From NCBI GenBank assembly GCA_009103225.1, contig RHPI01001946.1, forward strand, positions 186,001-250,000: a stretch of 64,000 bases of DNA, read 5' to 3'. The notes under the pieces are model-generated. The model saw nothing but the letters and a program-made list of their open reading frames with translations, was not told the origin of the DNA and searched no databases. Made by a program: the position numbers and the translations under genes. Positions 25,319 through 37,403 of the stretch are shown here, piece by piece. Each line of letters begins with the position of its first letter. Position 1 is the first letter of the stretch. This DNA comes from Chlorokybus atmophyticus (lineage: Eukaryota > Plantae > Mesostigma and Chlorokybus algae).

Positions 25319-25862
25319 NNNNNNNNNNNNNNNNNNNNNNNNNNNNNNNNNNNNNNNNNNNNNNNNNNNNNNNNNNNNNNNNNNNNNNNNNNNNNNNNNN
25401 NNNNNNNNNNNNNNNNNNNNNNNNNNNNNNNNNNNNNNNNNNNNNNNNNNNNNNNNNNNNNNNNNNNNNNNNNNNNNNNNNNNNNNNNNNNNNNNNNNNN
25501 NNNNNNNNNNNNNNNNNNNNNNNNNNNNNNNNNNNNNNNNNNNNNNNNNNNNNNNNNNNNNNNNNNNNNNNNNNNNNNNNNNNNNNNNNNNNNNNNNNNN
25601 NNNNNNNNNNNNNNNNNNNNNNNNNNNNNNNNNNNNNNNNNNNNNNNNNNNNNNNNNNNNNNNNNNNNNNNNNNNNNNNNNNNNNNNNNNNNNNNNNNNN
25701 NNNNNNNNNNNNNNNNNNNNNNNNNNNNNNNNNNNNNNNNNNNNNNNNNNNNNNNNNNNNNNNNNNNNNNNNNNNNNNNNNNNNNNNNNNNNNNNNNNNN
25801 NNNNNNNNNNNNNNNNNNNNNNNNNNNNNNNNNNNNNNNNNNNNNNNNNNNNNNNNNNNNNN
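25319..25862. other. Assembly gap (N run) preceded by (GA)n
   Basis: Direct reading; ORFs spanning it are artefacts. Confidence 0.99.
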
Positions 25863-28800
25863 GGGGGCACACAGCAGTAGCGACATCAAGAGTTGACAAG
25901 GACTTTATGTGCCACATGACCAATCTGTCTAGCTCCACGTGTGGGCCCCATGTCTCTGCCGTGCACAAATGTTTGTTTTGCTTATGAAATCAGAGTTGGC
26001 ATTATCTGTAAAGTACTGACAGGCCAGGTTCGTGCTTGCCTGCTCACAACTTACCTCGCACTCGCATGTAGAGCGCCATTGGAGCGAGCGCGCATCGGCG
26101 AATATGTTGTTGCCATCTGCTGATCTGTTCCACGCCTTGCTTAAGCCAACTGCATGCGCCGTTGAGCTGGAGTCGGAGCCAAAGGTCTGGCGGCAGCAGT
26201 GCCGCTCATACTCTTGTTGTGCGTGTTGTTGAACTGCTGATGTGCATGCAGCTAACTGTACTGCTCTGCTCTGAGACTCCTATGCTACTAGCATGCCACA
26301 GAAGTGATTACAACCACACCCGGCGCACTACTGCCGCAGGCGGCCTTGTCGCCTGTGTGCAGTCACAAAGTAAAGCAAGCGAAAATGGCGCACAACCAGA
26401 AGGTGCAGTAAACGAAATAACGGCTTGATTTGAGACATCGCTGTAAGGGTTGATAGCGGACTGTTCCGAACCCAACAGAAGCCCCTGGCCAGTCGGGGCT
26501 CAAGCTCAGTCTTGGCCCTAACTGTCCCCCGTAGCTGGAGTGCCACTCGACATTGCATGTACAAGCCTCAAGCGAGCAGCGTTCTAGTGCGAAGGCTACT
26601 ATGCACGCAAGTATTGCACTTGCTTAATGCAGTGAGATGCTGTGCTTCGCACGCTGCGCAGCCTACGTAGGTTGTGTACCAGTCGCCGCGCAGGGCATGC
26701 CTGTGCTTACAGATTGCAAGGCACTGTTGGTCTATGGATAACCACTTTGTCGTCATCTGCGTCGTCGTCTGCGTGCTGATCGTCGTCGGTACGACCTTTG
26801 CTTACCTTCACCGACGCCTCCGCCCCCTTGGCAAGTCGATCGACACTGCAGGTGACGCAGCGCCTAAGCTTCCGGAGGAGGGTCCGACTGGAGTCCATTT
26901 GGAGGTCGGTGGCGCTGTCGGCGTCGGCGTCGGCGGCCGGAGGGCGGAGGGCGGAGGGCAGCTTGTGTGCTGAGCACTATCAACGTCGTCGACGGCGTCG
27001 TCCAGACGGAGGCAGTCGGCAAGTGCGCTGCCAGGAGCGTAGGCAGGCGCATGTTTAGAGGTGCAGCTTGCAGGAATAGCCAGAGACCAAAGTTCATTGG
27101 GTTTTCACGCAATTGTATTCTGTACGTGCACTGTGTTGTTTGGCAATTACCTTCATGCCGGGAATATAACTTGCTTCCTAGCAGCAAGTCAAGCGCTTGT
27201 CACCTGGTCTAGTTGTTGAAACCAGCGGGCTTAGAGGAATCCATTTGTACATCACCTTACCGGATGTGCAGGGAGGTGCGGTGTGCGGCTGGCGCCAAGA
27301 CCTGCCCGAGCGGCCGACGCTCTCCCCGACGGCGTCACTTAAGCTGTGTACCCAATTTCTGGTTACTGTTTGGCAGTCAGGCAGCGGTCTACATGACACT
27401 CGTTGGATGATATTTGGTATGATGAACACTGCAGCAGCACGACTGCATGCCACCGCGCCATGTGGTGCTGTGGCATGCTGTCGTGCCCTTGATGACTGAC
27501 ACGCTACATGACAGCAGTTGTTCCCTGATTATTGTGTAAGTTACAGCCTCAACAGCCACTGGGCACGGGGGCACTCCTGAACCACAGTTCCTTCTCCTTG
27601 CTTGACTTAGAACTTTCCTAGTTACTCCGTACATGTGGCTGTACATTGTGTGCTGCTATCACAAGGTCAGTTAGCAGCATGTCATTCTGGCCAGGCACCT
27701 TAATGTTGTTCGTGTTGCCCAAAGCGTTTCTTCCAGAGGCAGCTTTTCTGATGTTTGATGTGACTGATCACGTATGCTGCTGGCAACCTCGGAAGCATAG
27801 GGCAAGGTACAGTGAACCGCAAGTGTGTCACCCAAGGGTCAATGCTCGGTACATTCATCGTACATGCATCTTCAGTGGAGGGGGAGGCATGCCACCCTTG
27901 TTTTAGCACGGGACATAAGTTGCATGGCATCTCAGTCCAGAGTTGCAAACTGGCAGTCGGTGCATAGCGCACGGCTCTGTTGTTGGGCTCTGGCTTGTGT
28001 GTTTGTGCACGTGGTCTGTCGTACAATACTTATGTAGCAGACAAAAGGCGATTCAGTTTGCTGCCCCGCCCGCATCCTGGCTGGTTGCCAGAGCCATATG
28101 GAGGTACTTGACATTCGCTTTGCTGCTAGTGACTCAAACTCTCTCGTGTATTAGCTCTGTTGACTGTTGGTTGCTCTGCTCTGTGTAGCGAACTGTCCTG
28201 CTCCCGATCTTGCCAACCATCGTTGTGCCTTTAGGTTGGCAGCCTGCCCTTTTTTGACTAGCAGATCAACCCGGGCTTGTGACATTGACTCACAGCGGCT
28301 CCATCATAGGCCCTAGCGTACTGTTGCTGTGACTGACTCTAAGGGTCTGCCACGATGGCATGAATGCACCTGACTTCCAGTACTCTCATTGATTTCTCCC
28401 TTGTCCTCACTATCTCACCACCCGTGCGAGCACAACAAGCACAAGGCAACAATTCCGTGTACAACGACAACGACTTCAAGATGATTCTAAGCAGTCAAGT
28501 TCTCCAAGAGTACGTAACAGCTCATGTGCATACACTTACTGCCTCAGCCCTTGCAATACCACATGTTTCATGTACCCTATGCATTGCTGTGTGCAGTCCA
28601 CAGGCTGATGAGCCGCTGCCGTCGGCACGGGCTACGGCACAATCTGATGAGGTGGTGACAGCAGCGGCGCCAACAAAGTCGATCCCCAACACGGCCGTGG
28701 GGACAGTGGCTGACTATGCGTACATGTACTGGAAAAACGGCCTGGTGAACCCCGCCAACCTTGTCCTTGCAGTTTAGACCAGCCGCCTACGGGTTTGAAC

Positions 28801-28941
28801 TATAACAAGGTGAAGCTCCTGACGTTTGCGGCTCTCGAGCAACGTGTCTCCGGTTAGTTGACTAGCATACCCGTTACTACTGGGCTCGGTGTGTATGCGC
28901 GTGCGCACGCGTGCGCGCATGTGTGCATTGTGGTGTGTGTG

Positions 28942-28942
28942 T

Positions 28943-28981
<39 letters not shown>

Positions 28982-29109
28982 NNNNNNNNNNNNNNNNNNN
29001 NNNNNNNNNNNNNNNNNNNNNNNNNNNNNNNNNNNNNNNNNNNNNNNNNNNNNNNNNNNNNNNNNNNNNNNNNNNNNNNNNNNNNNNNNNNNNNNNNNNN
29101 NNNNNNNNN
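28942..29109. other. Poly-G tract followed by an assembly gap (N 28982-29109)
   Basis: Direct reading of the sequence. Confidence 0.98.
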
Positions 29110-30789
29110 GGGAGGGAAGCGGGGGTTGGGCAAGTACAAATCATTGTTGGCAATGACATGATTAAAGGCGGTCTACCTGGGGCAGCAAGCCTCACCTTCG
29201 GATTGATATACCATGGTGTGACTTATATTGTGACCGGCACGTTAGGGAAGTAAGTTACCTATTTGCTTGGTGGCTTGGAAGGCGACACCATGCATGTGTA
29301 CTTACTTGCTTGCTTTGTACTGCAGCTTCTTGCACAATGTGGTGCTGAGCATGGCTGCCGGTTCAATCGTCGGGTCTTCAACTCCCTCTCATGGTCATGT
29401 AGAAGATTCATGCATGCACAATGGCACCCTGCCGCGTAAACACTCATTTGGTACAATGCTGATCGTCTCATGTGCACTGCCAACTGGCGCCCCTTCCATG
29501 AGCCGCTCGGCAATTGATTGATCTGTGTGGCCCGACCGGGTAGCATTCTTCCTGCAAATCACCCCTCAGAAAAGTGACTTCTCCTCCGCGGACGCTCGCA
29601 TGTTTGTTAGGCTGAGCGCCCCTGGTCTGGGTTCCGCCTTCACCATCGCCGGCTCCAGCTTCACCTCCGTGAGCAGTGGGAGCGTCGCCAGCTGGCCTCC
29701 CGGCACGTACGTACATCACAATGGTGGTAGTGATAACGTTTATGTTGTCGTTGTTGACACGTCTGTCCTACCTCGCAGTTGGCCCCCACTGATCAGGCGC
29801 TCAGTTACGTTGGTGGCATCTTTCAACAAAGCTGAGCGTGGTGTCACCAACTTGCGCACTCCCATCACAGTGAAGTCTGACCAGGTTTGTTCCCTGGCGC
29901 AAATGACTTAGCTAGTTGCCAATCAAAGTGCTGTGTGCTAAGCTGAACTTCTGTATTGTAATGCGATTTACCACAGACACTGCCTGCAGCTGTCTCCGAC
30001 CTGCTTGTGCATTATGTGGAAGCGCAAGGCTGGCACGACATCACTCTGCGCAACGACAAGTACATGTCATTCTCAAGCCATGCAGGTCGGTTGAAGAGGC
30101 TTGACGGTTGACATGCAGGCAGATGCCGCTGGGAGACCAGCGCTTGAACCGCATCGAGCGCGTGACGGTGATTGTAACCAACCCGAGTGCAAGCACTCGC
30201 ATCGTGAGGCTCAGCGTCTCCAAATCCAAAGTGGTCTTGTTTAAGACGTTGCAAGTGTTGCAGACAGCCTACCTGTTGTACAATGCTCTATGCTCTAGGT
30301 AAAATAATGCTCCGTGCATTAGGATACAAGTTGAGCAGCAACCCCCTATCCTGGAAATGAAAACAATGCGTATGCGTGCTCAATGACTGTTTGCATGTGT
30401 ACACTTACACATCCCTACAGGGCACCAGCGCCTACAACACCAGCACGTTACAAACTCGCTTGTGCAACAAAACACGGCACGCTACTCATGGTTGGCCTAA
30501 GTTGGCTTGGGTACAGACGTTAGCTTGGGTTACAACAAGCCCGCACATCACTGCCGGCCCCACCACCAACCACGCTACAACCAGGCTCCTCAGCAACTAC
30601 CCTCACCGCTCACCACTAAGTTTGCCGCCAACCAACCGCCGCCGGCACAGGACAACAATCTTGCCGCCTGTACAACTACATGGACAGTCTGTGAAAACGG
30701 CGCCGGCGGGAAAACTACCAAGCAAACCTTGATTCCCCTCGGCCCCGAGGAATTAGGTTAGTGAGTTGGCCCTCCGGCTGTTAATACTC

Positions 30790-33606
30790 GATGGCTTTAT
30801 GCAATACGTCTGGAGTTCCAGTTCCAGCTCCAGTTCCAGTGGGCAGACATGCGGGTTTGGAAGGGCGGCGGTGTGGGCGGCGGGCATAGGGTGGAGGAGT
30901 TGGCAAGTCGCTGCCAGCATGGTGGTGGTGCAGTGTGCGGGGTCCGTATGACCCCAAGAGCAAAGACACCATCGTCAATAAGCTTGAGCCACAGCACCAA
31001 TGGCGTCAGCACCCGCTCTCTTTCCACCAACCATCAGGTATGTAAGGCGGCTTGATTGGACTGCTTTCTCGTCTGCTCCCTCTGACGCATGCTCATGTAG
31101 CTTGCTATCTTCGTAGTGCTCGATTGCCAATGCTAGTGCTAGTCGTCGTAGTGCTGTGAGCGCATTTGCTGCGTTGCACTAACCCACAATCGAACTGCTC
31201 ATGTAGCTTGATGTCGTCCCTACTTGCTGTCGTCGTGGTTGCCACTGCTTGTGCTGTGAGTGTTACTTGGTCAGCTGTTTCTGCTGCGCTACACTAACAA
31301 TCCGATTACTTATAATCACAGGCTAGTGAATCAGCTGCTAGAGTGCCAACGAGGGCGGACGTGAAAGGTTGTAAGACAAAGAAGGAGCTGGAAAAACTCT
31401 GTCATGATTACTTGTTGCCACGCAGTGGCACCAAGCTGCAATTGAAGCGAAGGCTGCTTGGCAATGTGCCAGGGGCAGCAATCCTTGGATGCTTACCGCA
31501 CACCACCTTAGGCGGCGAGCAGCATCAGGGTCCCAAACAAAAACCGCATTGTCACCAACGACGAGGATGAGGATGAGGAAGAACCCTCTCCACCACCTGC
31601 TGACAGCAAGTAGGTCCATGATACCGTTGTTAAGCAGGTGTATTTTACTGTGCATAGCATTGTCACACAACTGCACTTCGCTTGCAGGAAGCTGACATTG
31701 TCTTCACCACAGTTTCGGTGTCCGCGATACATTGATTGATTTCATTGTGTGCTCAGGCCCAGTGATAGGCTGATATGCAATGCCCATGACTGTACTTGCC
31801 AGCTCATCTCGTCAGATGTGAAAAAGCGGCGCAAGACATTCTACAAGCATAATGATCTTGGGGTGAAGAAACGGTGCAATGAGTTTGTTGAGTACGTCTT
31901 TTTAGTGTGATGAATGTAATGAGTGTGATGATCGTGTCTTTTATTGTGTGCGACTATCCAATGATGGGCCGCTTTGCAATTTTCCTAGCTGTATTGCACG
32001 GCTCAACCCGTTATAAGTGAGAAAGCGCGCCACAAGATGCTATAAGCATATCGGTTGAAGGGCCGAGACACGGTGCAATAAGTGTGGAGTAGTTGGAGTG
32101 GAACCCAGCCGGGCAAAGGTTCGAGTCACTAGTGTCATGCTTTGCAAAAACTGCCTCAGATACAAGTAAGTGAACTGCAGTCTTAGAGTTGGGGCAACAC
32201 ACAGCATGCAAGACTGCATTGGTATTGAGCAATTGTCCTACATGCACAGGCATGCAGCAGAACGAGCTAGTCGCATTACTTGCTCATTAGACGGGTGTGA
32301 CAAGGCTCCCATCCGACCAGAACAATGTGTACAAAACATGGCTACCCGGCCAAAAAGTGCCACAACGACAACTGTGACAAACAGGTGCCTGCTGAAGACA
32401 GAATTCTGTTGTGCTATGACTGTCGTATGGAGAAGATGGAGGAAGACTTTTTAAGGTGAGTGTTTTCTGTGCCAGTCAATGAGAGCTTGCTACCACTTGG
32501 CAATGTGATTACATGTCTAATTCTATCTCTTGTAGAGGACGGGATTGTAGAACAACGGACTTTGTGTGACAACCCTAAATTTAGGGATGTCACACAAATT
32601 TGTTCAGCGTAGCCTGCCGGACACACCGAGTTGAACCATTGTATCTCAAGTAGGCAAATTGCAATTTCCATGGCAAGCACAGGCGTGTGACCAACAAAGC
32701 ACTTGACTCATTGGTCTGTCACTTGATTGCAGTGGCCGCACCTGTGCGATCGATAGCTACGAGTTGCAGACGTTCAATATTTTTTGCAGGCTGTGCTGAT
32801 ATCACTTGTTTTTCAAGTGAGACTGCGCTAATCCCGTGAGGGGTTGTCGATACCTGCGGGAAAAACACGACCTGTTTGTAACTTGTGCAGGACAATGGAA
32901 AAAGCGAAGGATGTCTACTCATAGTACGTCTGTACAATAGTTTACTCTTTTTAGCATCATAAAGCTACAATGCTCTATGCTCACGCTCTAGTCTACTATT
33001 TAGGCATACACCAAGCCTATTTACCCACGAACACACAGGCTTGACGAGGAGGACGCCTTGGACCGCTGGCTGCGCAGTCGCTCAGAATAAAGGTCGGACA
33101 TAGAGCCATGGGAGCATTCCCACTTGATACTCATTTAAAACCACGAAAAGAAGTTGGGAGACAGAGGGCTGCATTCTTTGTCAAGAGCCGAGCATGTGCG
33201 GTTGCTTGGCTCTGTTGAGGACGTCAAGCGACAAATGGAGGAGTCTTTTCTGCACTGGCCTGTAAGTGTAGTATGCTACACATGTCACTTTACCGTAAAA
33301 TGCCTTTAAGTCACTTGCAGCATTGAATAACAAATGCAATGCAGCTCATCTTGTTTTGCAAATGGTATGATGGGATGTGAAAACAAGGTCTCTTTCTGGT
33401 CCCATGATCATTACCCGCCGATCAAAGACTACCACTTGAGCGACCCACAGCAGCGCGCACATGCATTCCCCATCAAGCGCATCTTTCCATGCCTAAAAGG
33501 TTTCAACTCCGCCAAGGGTAGCAAGCATATTCCCCCAACATATAAAGCTTATGACGATTGGATGCGCTTACGTAACACCACCATTTTGCTTAGCTCTGTG
33601 ACCTAA
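30790..33606 (+). pseudogene. Nested decayed multi-exon gene with a SAP domain and CxxC..CxxC zinc-finger-like motifs
   Basis: 31343-31460 KTKKELEKLCHDYLLPRSGTKLQLKRRLLG fits the SAP consensus. Also RCNKCG...LCKNC (~32075-32165) and KCHNDNCDK...LLCYDC (~32355-32430). In-frame TAA codons in exon 33048-33262 (..RSRSE*RSDIEPW..LI*NHEKK..) and a frameshift before the acidic DEDEDEEE tract (~31545). Confidence 0.6.
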
Positions 33607-35221
33607 GTTTCTATTGAAACGCGGTTGATAGCTGACCTGGCAGACAGTCAAGATACGCGGGCTCCAGCATAGTTCATACTTCTTGTTGGATAGCCCTGGT
33701 GGTGATAGTCATGCTGTATACAAGTGCGCTATAAAGAGCGCCAATGAAAGTGTTACGTATCTTTGCAATTTCAACACAGGTGTTATGTAGGAGTGAACGA
33801 CAGCACACATACATTGAAAGTCTATTTGTTTCCGATTCCTGTAATCCTCGCCGCACTGCATGACACCCAAGTCAACCCCATCGGCATCCCCATACAAGCA
33901 GGAGTATGAAGTAGTCACTCTGCCTTTATACACATGATGAATATAAATCAATGACTGTTGTTGCTTACCCTTGTCAGTTATATGCATGCTGACTAACCAC
34001 TGGTTCTTGCAGGTGTATAAAAACTCGCTTAAACCCAACTTGGTACAAAGGCCCTTTCTGGGGATGGTGGCCTTGCCAGTGCCGGCGAGGGCGACGTGGG
34101 CAATGGTATACACATCAGTAAACGCCTTCGAGGGTGGGGCGCCAGCTGTCTCACACGTGCAGCTGGCGCTCACGGATGCGATGCCCATCACATAATGGGA
34201 CCAAGTCGCCCTTGCGTAAGTGTGCGTGTGGTTGTCAACACCGGCGTTGGTACCAAGCTTGGTACCAACATCAAGCCAGCATAGCCACTCACCTAATGGT
34301 TGACAGGTCTTGGGGTGAGACGTTTTTTTCGAGCCGGATCAAGGGCGTACTACGCGGGCAGTAGTTTTACACATGCGGCCGATATACGTGCTTGGCAACA
34401 AGGTGAGCTGATGTACCAAAAATGGCAATACCGTGGCATCTCAGTCTCCAAGAGTGGCATAGTGACTGAAAGCATTATTGATAAAACAGAGCAAAAGGGA
34501 GAAGTTTTGGTGGACACAGAATGTTGGTGGAGCCGATGTTGCTGCAATTGATACTGGCTCATCACTGCCTCAATTCAATGTTGAGATCCGCACATATTGC
34601 AAGAGGTAGGGACCGCTTGATTGAGGTCAGTAGCTAGTATGCGCATACATTCACACTTGCACCAGAACGTCCACTTACCACGAATCGGTTTGTACCCTTG
34701 TAGACAATGTATGCGGGCAAGTCTGAAGACAGCAAGATGAAGATCCATTACACCGCATGCGTAGCGCGTTCAGATGATGCTGCAAGGGCTGCTTACCACC
34801 TTCACATGGAAGTGGTCTTTGGTGTGACATTTTGCCGCTTCCCCATCTGGCAGGTTGGCTTCTCCTCCAGAAGGCTTTTCCTCCATGTTCAACATGTACA
34901 AGTTGATGAAAAAAATGATGTTTCTTATCTTGAGTCACTTGTTTTGTTATGCAAATGGCAAGCTCAACTTACGCTTGGGGATACAACTACCAATTTGCGT
35001 ATGTATGGTAACGAGAAGGGTCTCCTTTATGAATGGACTCGCAAGCTGGGTCAGAGTAAACAATAACGCTATATTTTCATTGCTGCCCTGCGATTGCAGC
35101 AATGTGGTCACACTTGTGATGCTGCCTTCGTACTCGTGACACAGTCAACGGCAAAGATGCATTTAGGAACGTCGCTATACAAGCTAAATGGCAAGAAGAA
35201 TTGGGTCTCTCTTACACAGGT

Positions 35222-35334
35222 ACATACATATATGTATATATATATACATATATGTGTGTGTATATATGAAGTATTATTCTCACCTTGGTTCGTGGCACTA
35301 ATTGATATATATATATATGTATATATATGTGTGT

Positions 35335-35381
<47 letters not shown>

Positions 35382-35409
35382 AAGTGGTATTCTCACCTTG
35401 GTTCGTGGC
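35222..35409 (+). repeat. Microsatellite-associated tandem duplication of an exon start (22-bp identical core)
   Basis: tattctcaccttggttcgtggc occurs at 35275-35296 and 35388-35409, each preceded by TA/TG microsatellite and aagt. Confidence 0.9.
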
Positions 35410-36921
35410 TGATCGATCTCTCCCCGCCCAGAGCGCTAGCGTAAAGGGCACTAGTGCCACTGATGCCTCGCGTTGGTTTGCCATCTCCCAATGGAGTGCG
35501 TTGCTGAACGGTAAGCCCGCTAACCCTTTCATGGCTGGTTCGTATGCTTGAAACTGCTCGACAGTGCACTCAGTGTCATGAGTCACGCATGTGGTCGTAC
35601 TCAAGCACTTCATCCTTTACAGAACGCGGCATATACTCAGGCGCCACCAACGCGCCCATTGGGCAGGTCTCCATCATTGAGGTGGTTCCGCCACCCTCAG
35701 TGCATGCTCTCAAGGCTGGTGACGACATTGACTGCATCATAGAACAGGTGTGGCACAATCATATGTTTGTGAGCTTATTGATCTGCAATTAAGCCTTTTA
35801 CTATGTCCACCAAGACATGTGTCTCTTTAGTGATGACATGCATATGCAGGTCATCTCGCCCAAGTACCGTGTCGATTACTACGGGCCCAATTTCAACATG
35901 CAAGCGCGCTGCTCAAGTGGGAGAACAGTTGGCGGCTGATGTACCGAGAAGTTGCGCTCAATACGCCTACTTTTTGTCAACACAGCTGGCAAGCTACTTC
36001 GCCAGCGGCCTCCAATGATACAAGTCAGTGAGCGAGTGGACATGCGGACGCTCACTGTCAGTGTTACCTGAACTTGCAGTTGCTACTCAGGTTGACCAGG
36101 CCAACCACGCGCAATTCTCAGTTACGGGCGGCCTTGGCTACCTCGCAATGACTTTTGCAGGCGTGAAGGGCTTCAAGAACCCGAAACTGGAAATGAGCTT
36201 CGATGGAACCTCTTGGAAGGTTGTGGACCAGTCTGTTCATGGCAAGGACTCCTGGCAGGTACAAGCAGAGTCTGGTGTTCGTTCAATACATGCCATCATT
36301 TGTGACCGCGCACAGTTGTTGGCTGTATGCATGCTATACAGTCCGCAAATCAGCAAGAAGAAGTGCTGATCTGCATGACAAGGACTGTGTAACACGAGCA
36401 ACACATGAATGCAACTCGTCCCTGGTCTTGGACAGAACTCTCTGCCGTGTGCAGGCGGACTTTGAGCCTTCTGCCAGCACGTGGGAGCTGACCTTCAGCG
36501 TGTCTGCGAACAACGCGGGAGACGCATTGAAATCGCCTTGGTTCCGCTTCTCCATGCCAACAGCTGCAGTGCTCACTGGCATCCCAACCTGGAAGTGACA
36601 GCCAATCGCATGGCCAACATGTAAGCGCATGACTTCAACTTGACTGATAAGTTGACTAACAAGTGCAGCTCATCAACCACGTCTTGCTTACTGATTTGAG
36701 GGACCTTTCAGACGCTGCTGTGGGACCTGCAGTGGATGCGACCATACTATGACTCATTCTGTATTAGATGCAGGCGTCCTGACAACTGATAGTAGGTGCA
36801 CAGCAGTTAGGGTGGGACATGTTAGATTGGAGTGGTTGACAGGGTCGTTTCTTGCTGTACACGTGTCAATCAAATGTCTCTACAGCGAATCTACTGAACT
36901 GTCATTATGCATCATGCCTCC

Positions 36922-36960
36922 ACACAAGGCATCATGCTTCAGAGGCATGATGCCTTGTGT
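36922..36960. repeat. Perfect 16-bp stem, 7-nt loop hairpin
   Basis: acacaaggcatcatgc-ttcagag-gcatgatgccttgtgt. The right arm region is repeated ~45 nt downstream (ggcatgatgcc....gt.gagaag.tggct). Confidence 0.9.
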
Positions 36961-37403
36961 AGAGAAGATGGCTACATACAACACGCCAGGCATGATGCCG
37001 TACGTGGAGAAGCTGGCTTGGATCGTCATGTCATTAAACATATCATTATTTATGAAGCCGTATAGGTTGTCACAAAGTATGCCTTGCTTGCTATCATAGT
37101 ATCCCCCACTCAACCCTTGATTACAAAGGAACGGAGGGGCTGGCTCAAAGTACATACTGTCACGATATGCCATGTGCAACTGCAACCCTGCCGAGAATGC
37201 GCTCGTTCACAGTGTACATGCAAACAGTCCGTTCCACAACATACAAGCACAACATGTACCAATATAGCAGTATAGGTACTGCTTATTTAGCGACGCCAGC
37301 ATTCTACATACAAAGCTGCAGCACATGCAATAGGGCAAGTGCGCACAACACTCTTCCTAATGCAATGTTACCTTAGCAACCAGCCGTGAAGGACACGAGC
37401 AGC

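Larger units (their letters stand above)
26734..36598 (+). pseudogene. Intron-containing pseudogene of a large protein resembling an uncharacterised bacterial family (PVC-bacterial type, often annotated LamG/ConA-like)
   Basis: Collinear exon motifs: DYAYMYWKNG..QTSR; WPDRVAFFLQ; RLNRIERVTVIVTNPS..RIVRLSVSK; LHD...NPIGIPIQ|VYKN; GGAPAVSHVQLAL..WDQVAL; SWGE..EPDQ..MRP; WTQNVGGAD; YAG..ARSDD..Y.LHMEV; GNEKGLLYEW; ASR.FAISQWSA.LNGK; EVVPPP..LKAGD; DYYGPN..NSWRLMYRE; GGLGYLAMTF..DQSVHGKDSWQ|ADF..WELTFSV. Lesions: TAG 28775-28777, TAA 34193-34195, frameshifts at the T7 run 34323-34329 and at ~35906, and the insert 30233-33816. The 5' boundary (hydrophobic N-terminal ORF at 26734) is tentative. Confidence 0.7.

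Noticed and set aside
25143-25987. Long ORFs of 198-245 aa
   Set aside because: They consist of X residues spanning the N-gap.
28774-29195. Poly-Pro/poly-Gly ORFs
   Set aside because: They are translations of a poly-G tract abutting an assembly gap.
32095-32135. tRNA B-box-like GGTTCGAGTC
   Set aside because: No A-box or cloverleaf; it lies within a coding-like block (AKVRVTSV) of the nested pseudogene.
33048-34195. In-frame TAA codons as evidence of a non-standard genetic code
   Set aside because: Intact neighbouring genes have no internal stops and end in TAG or TGA (one probably TAA); the affected genes also carry frameshifts, so pseudogenisation explains the stops.
30228-35388. 8-bp AAAGTGGT repeat (30228 and 35381) as a Zisupton-like target-site duplication of a 5 kb element
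   Set aside because: The interval 33817-35380 contains collinear exons of the host pseudogene itself, so it cannot be an insert; the match is coincidental.
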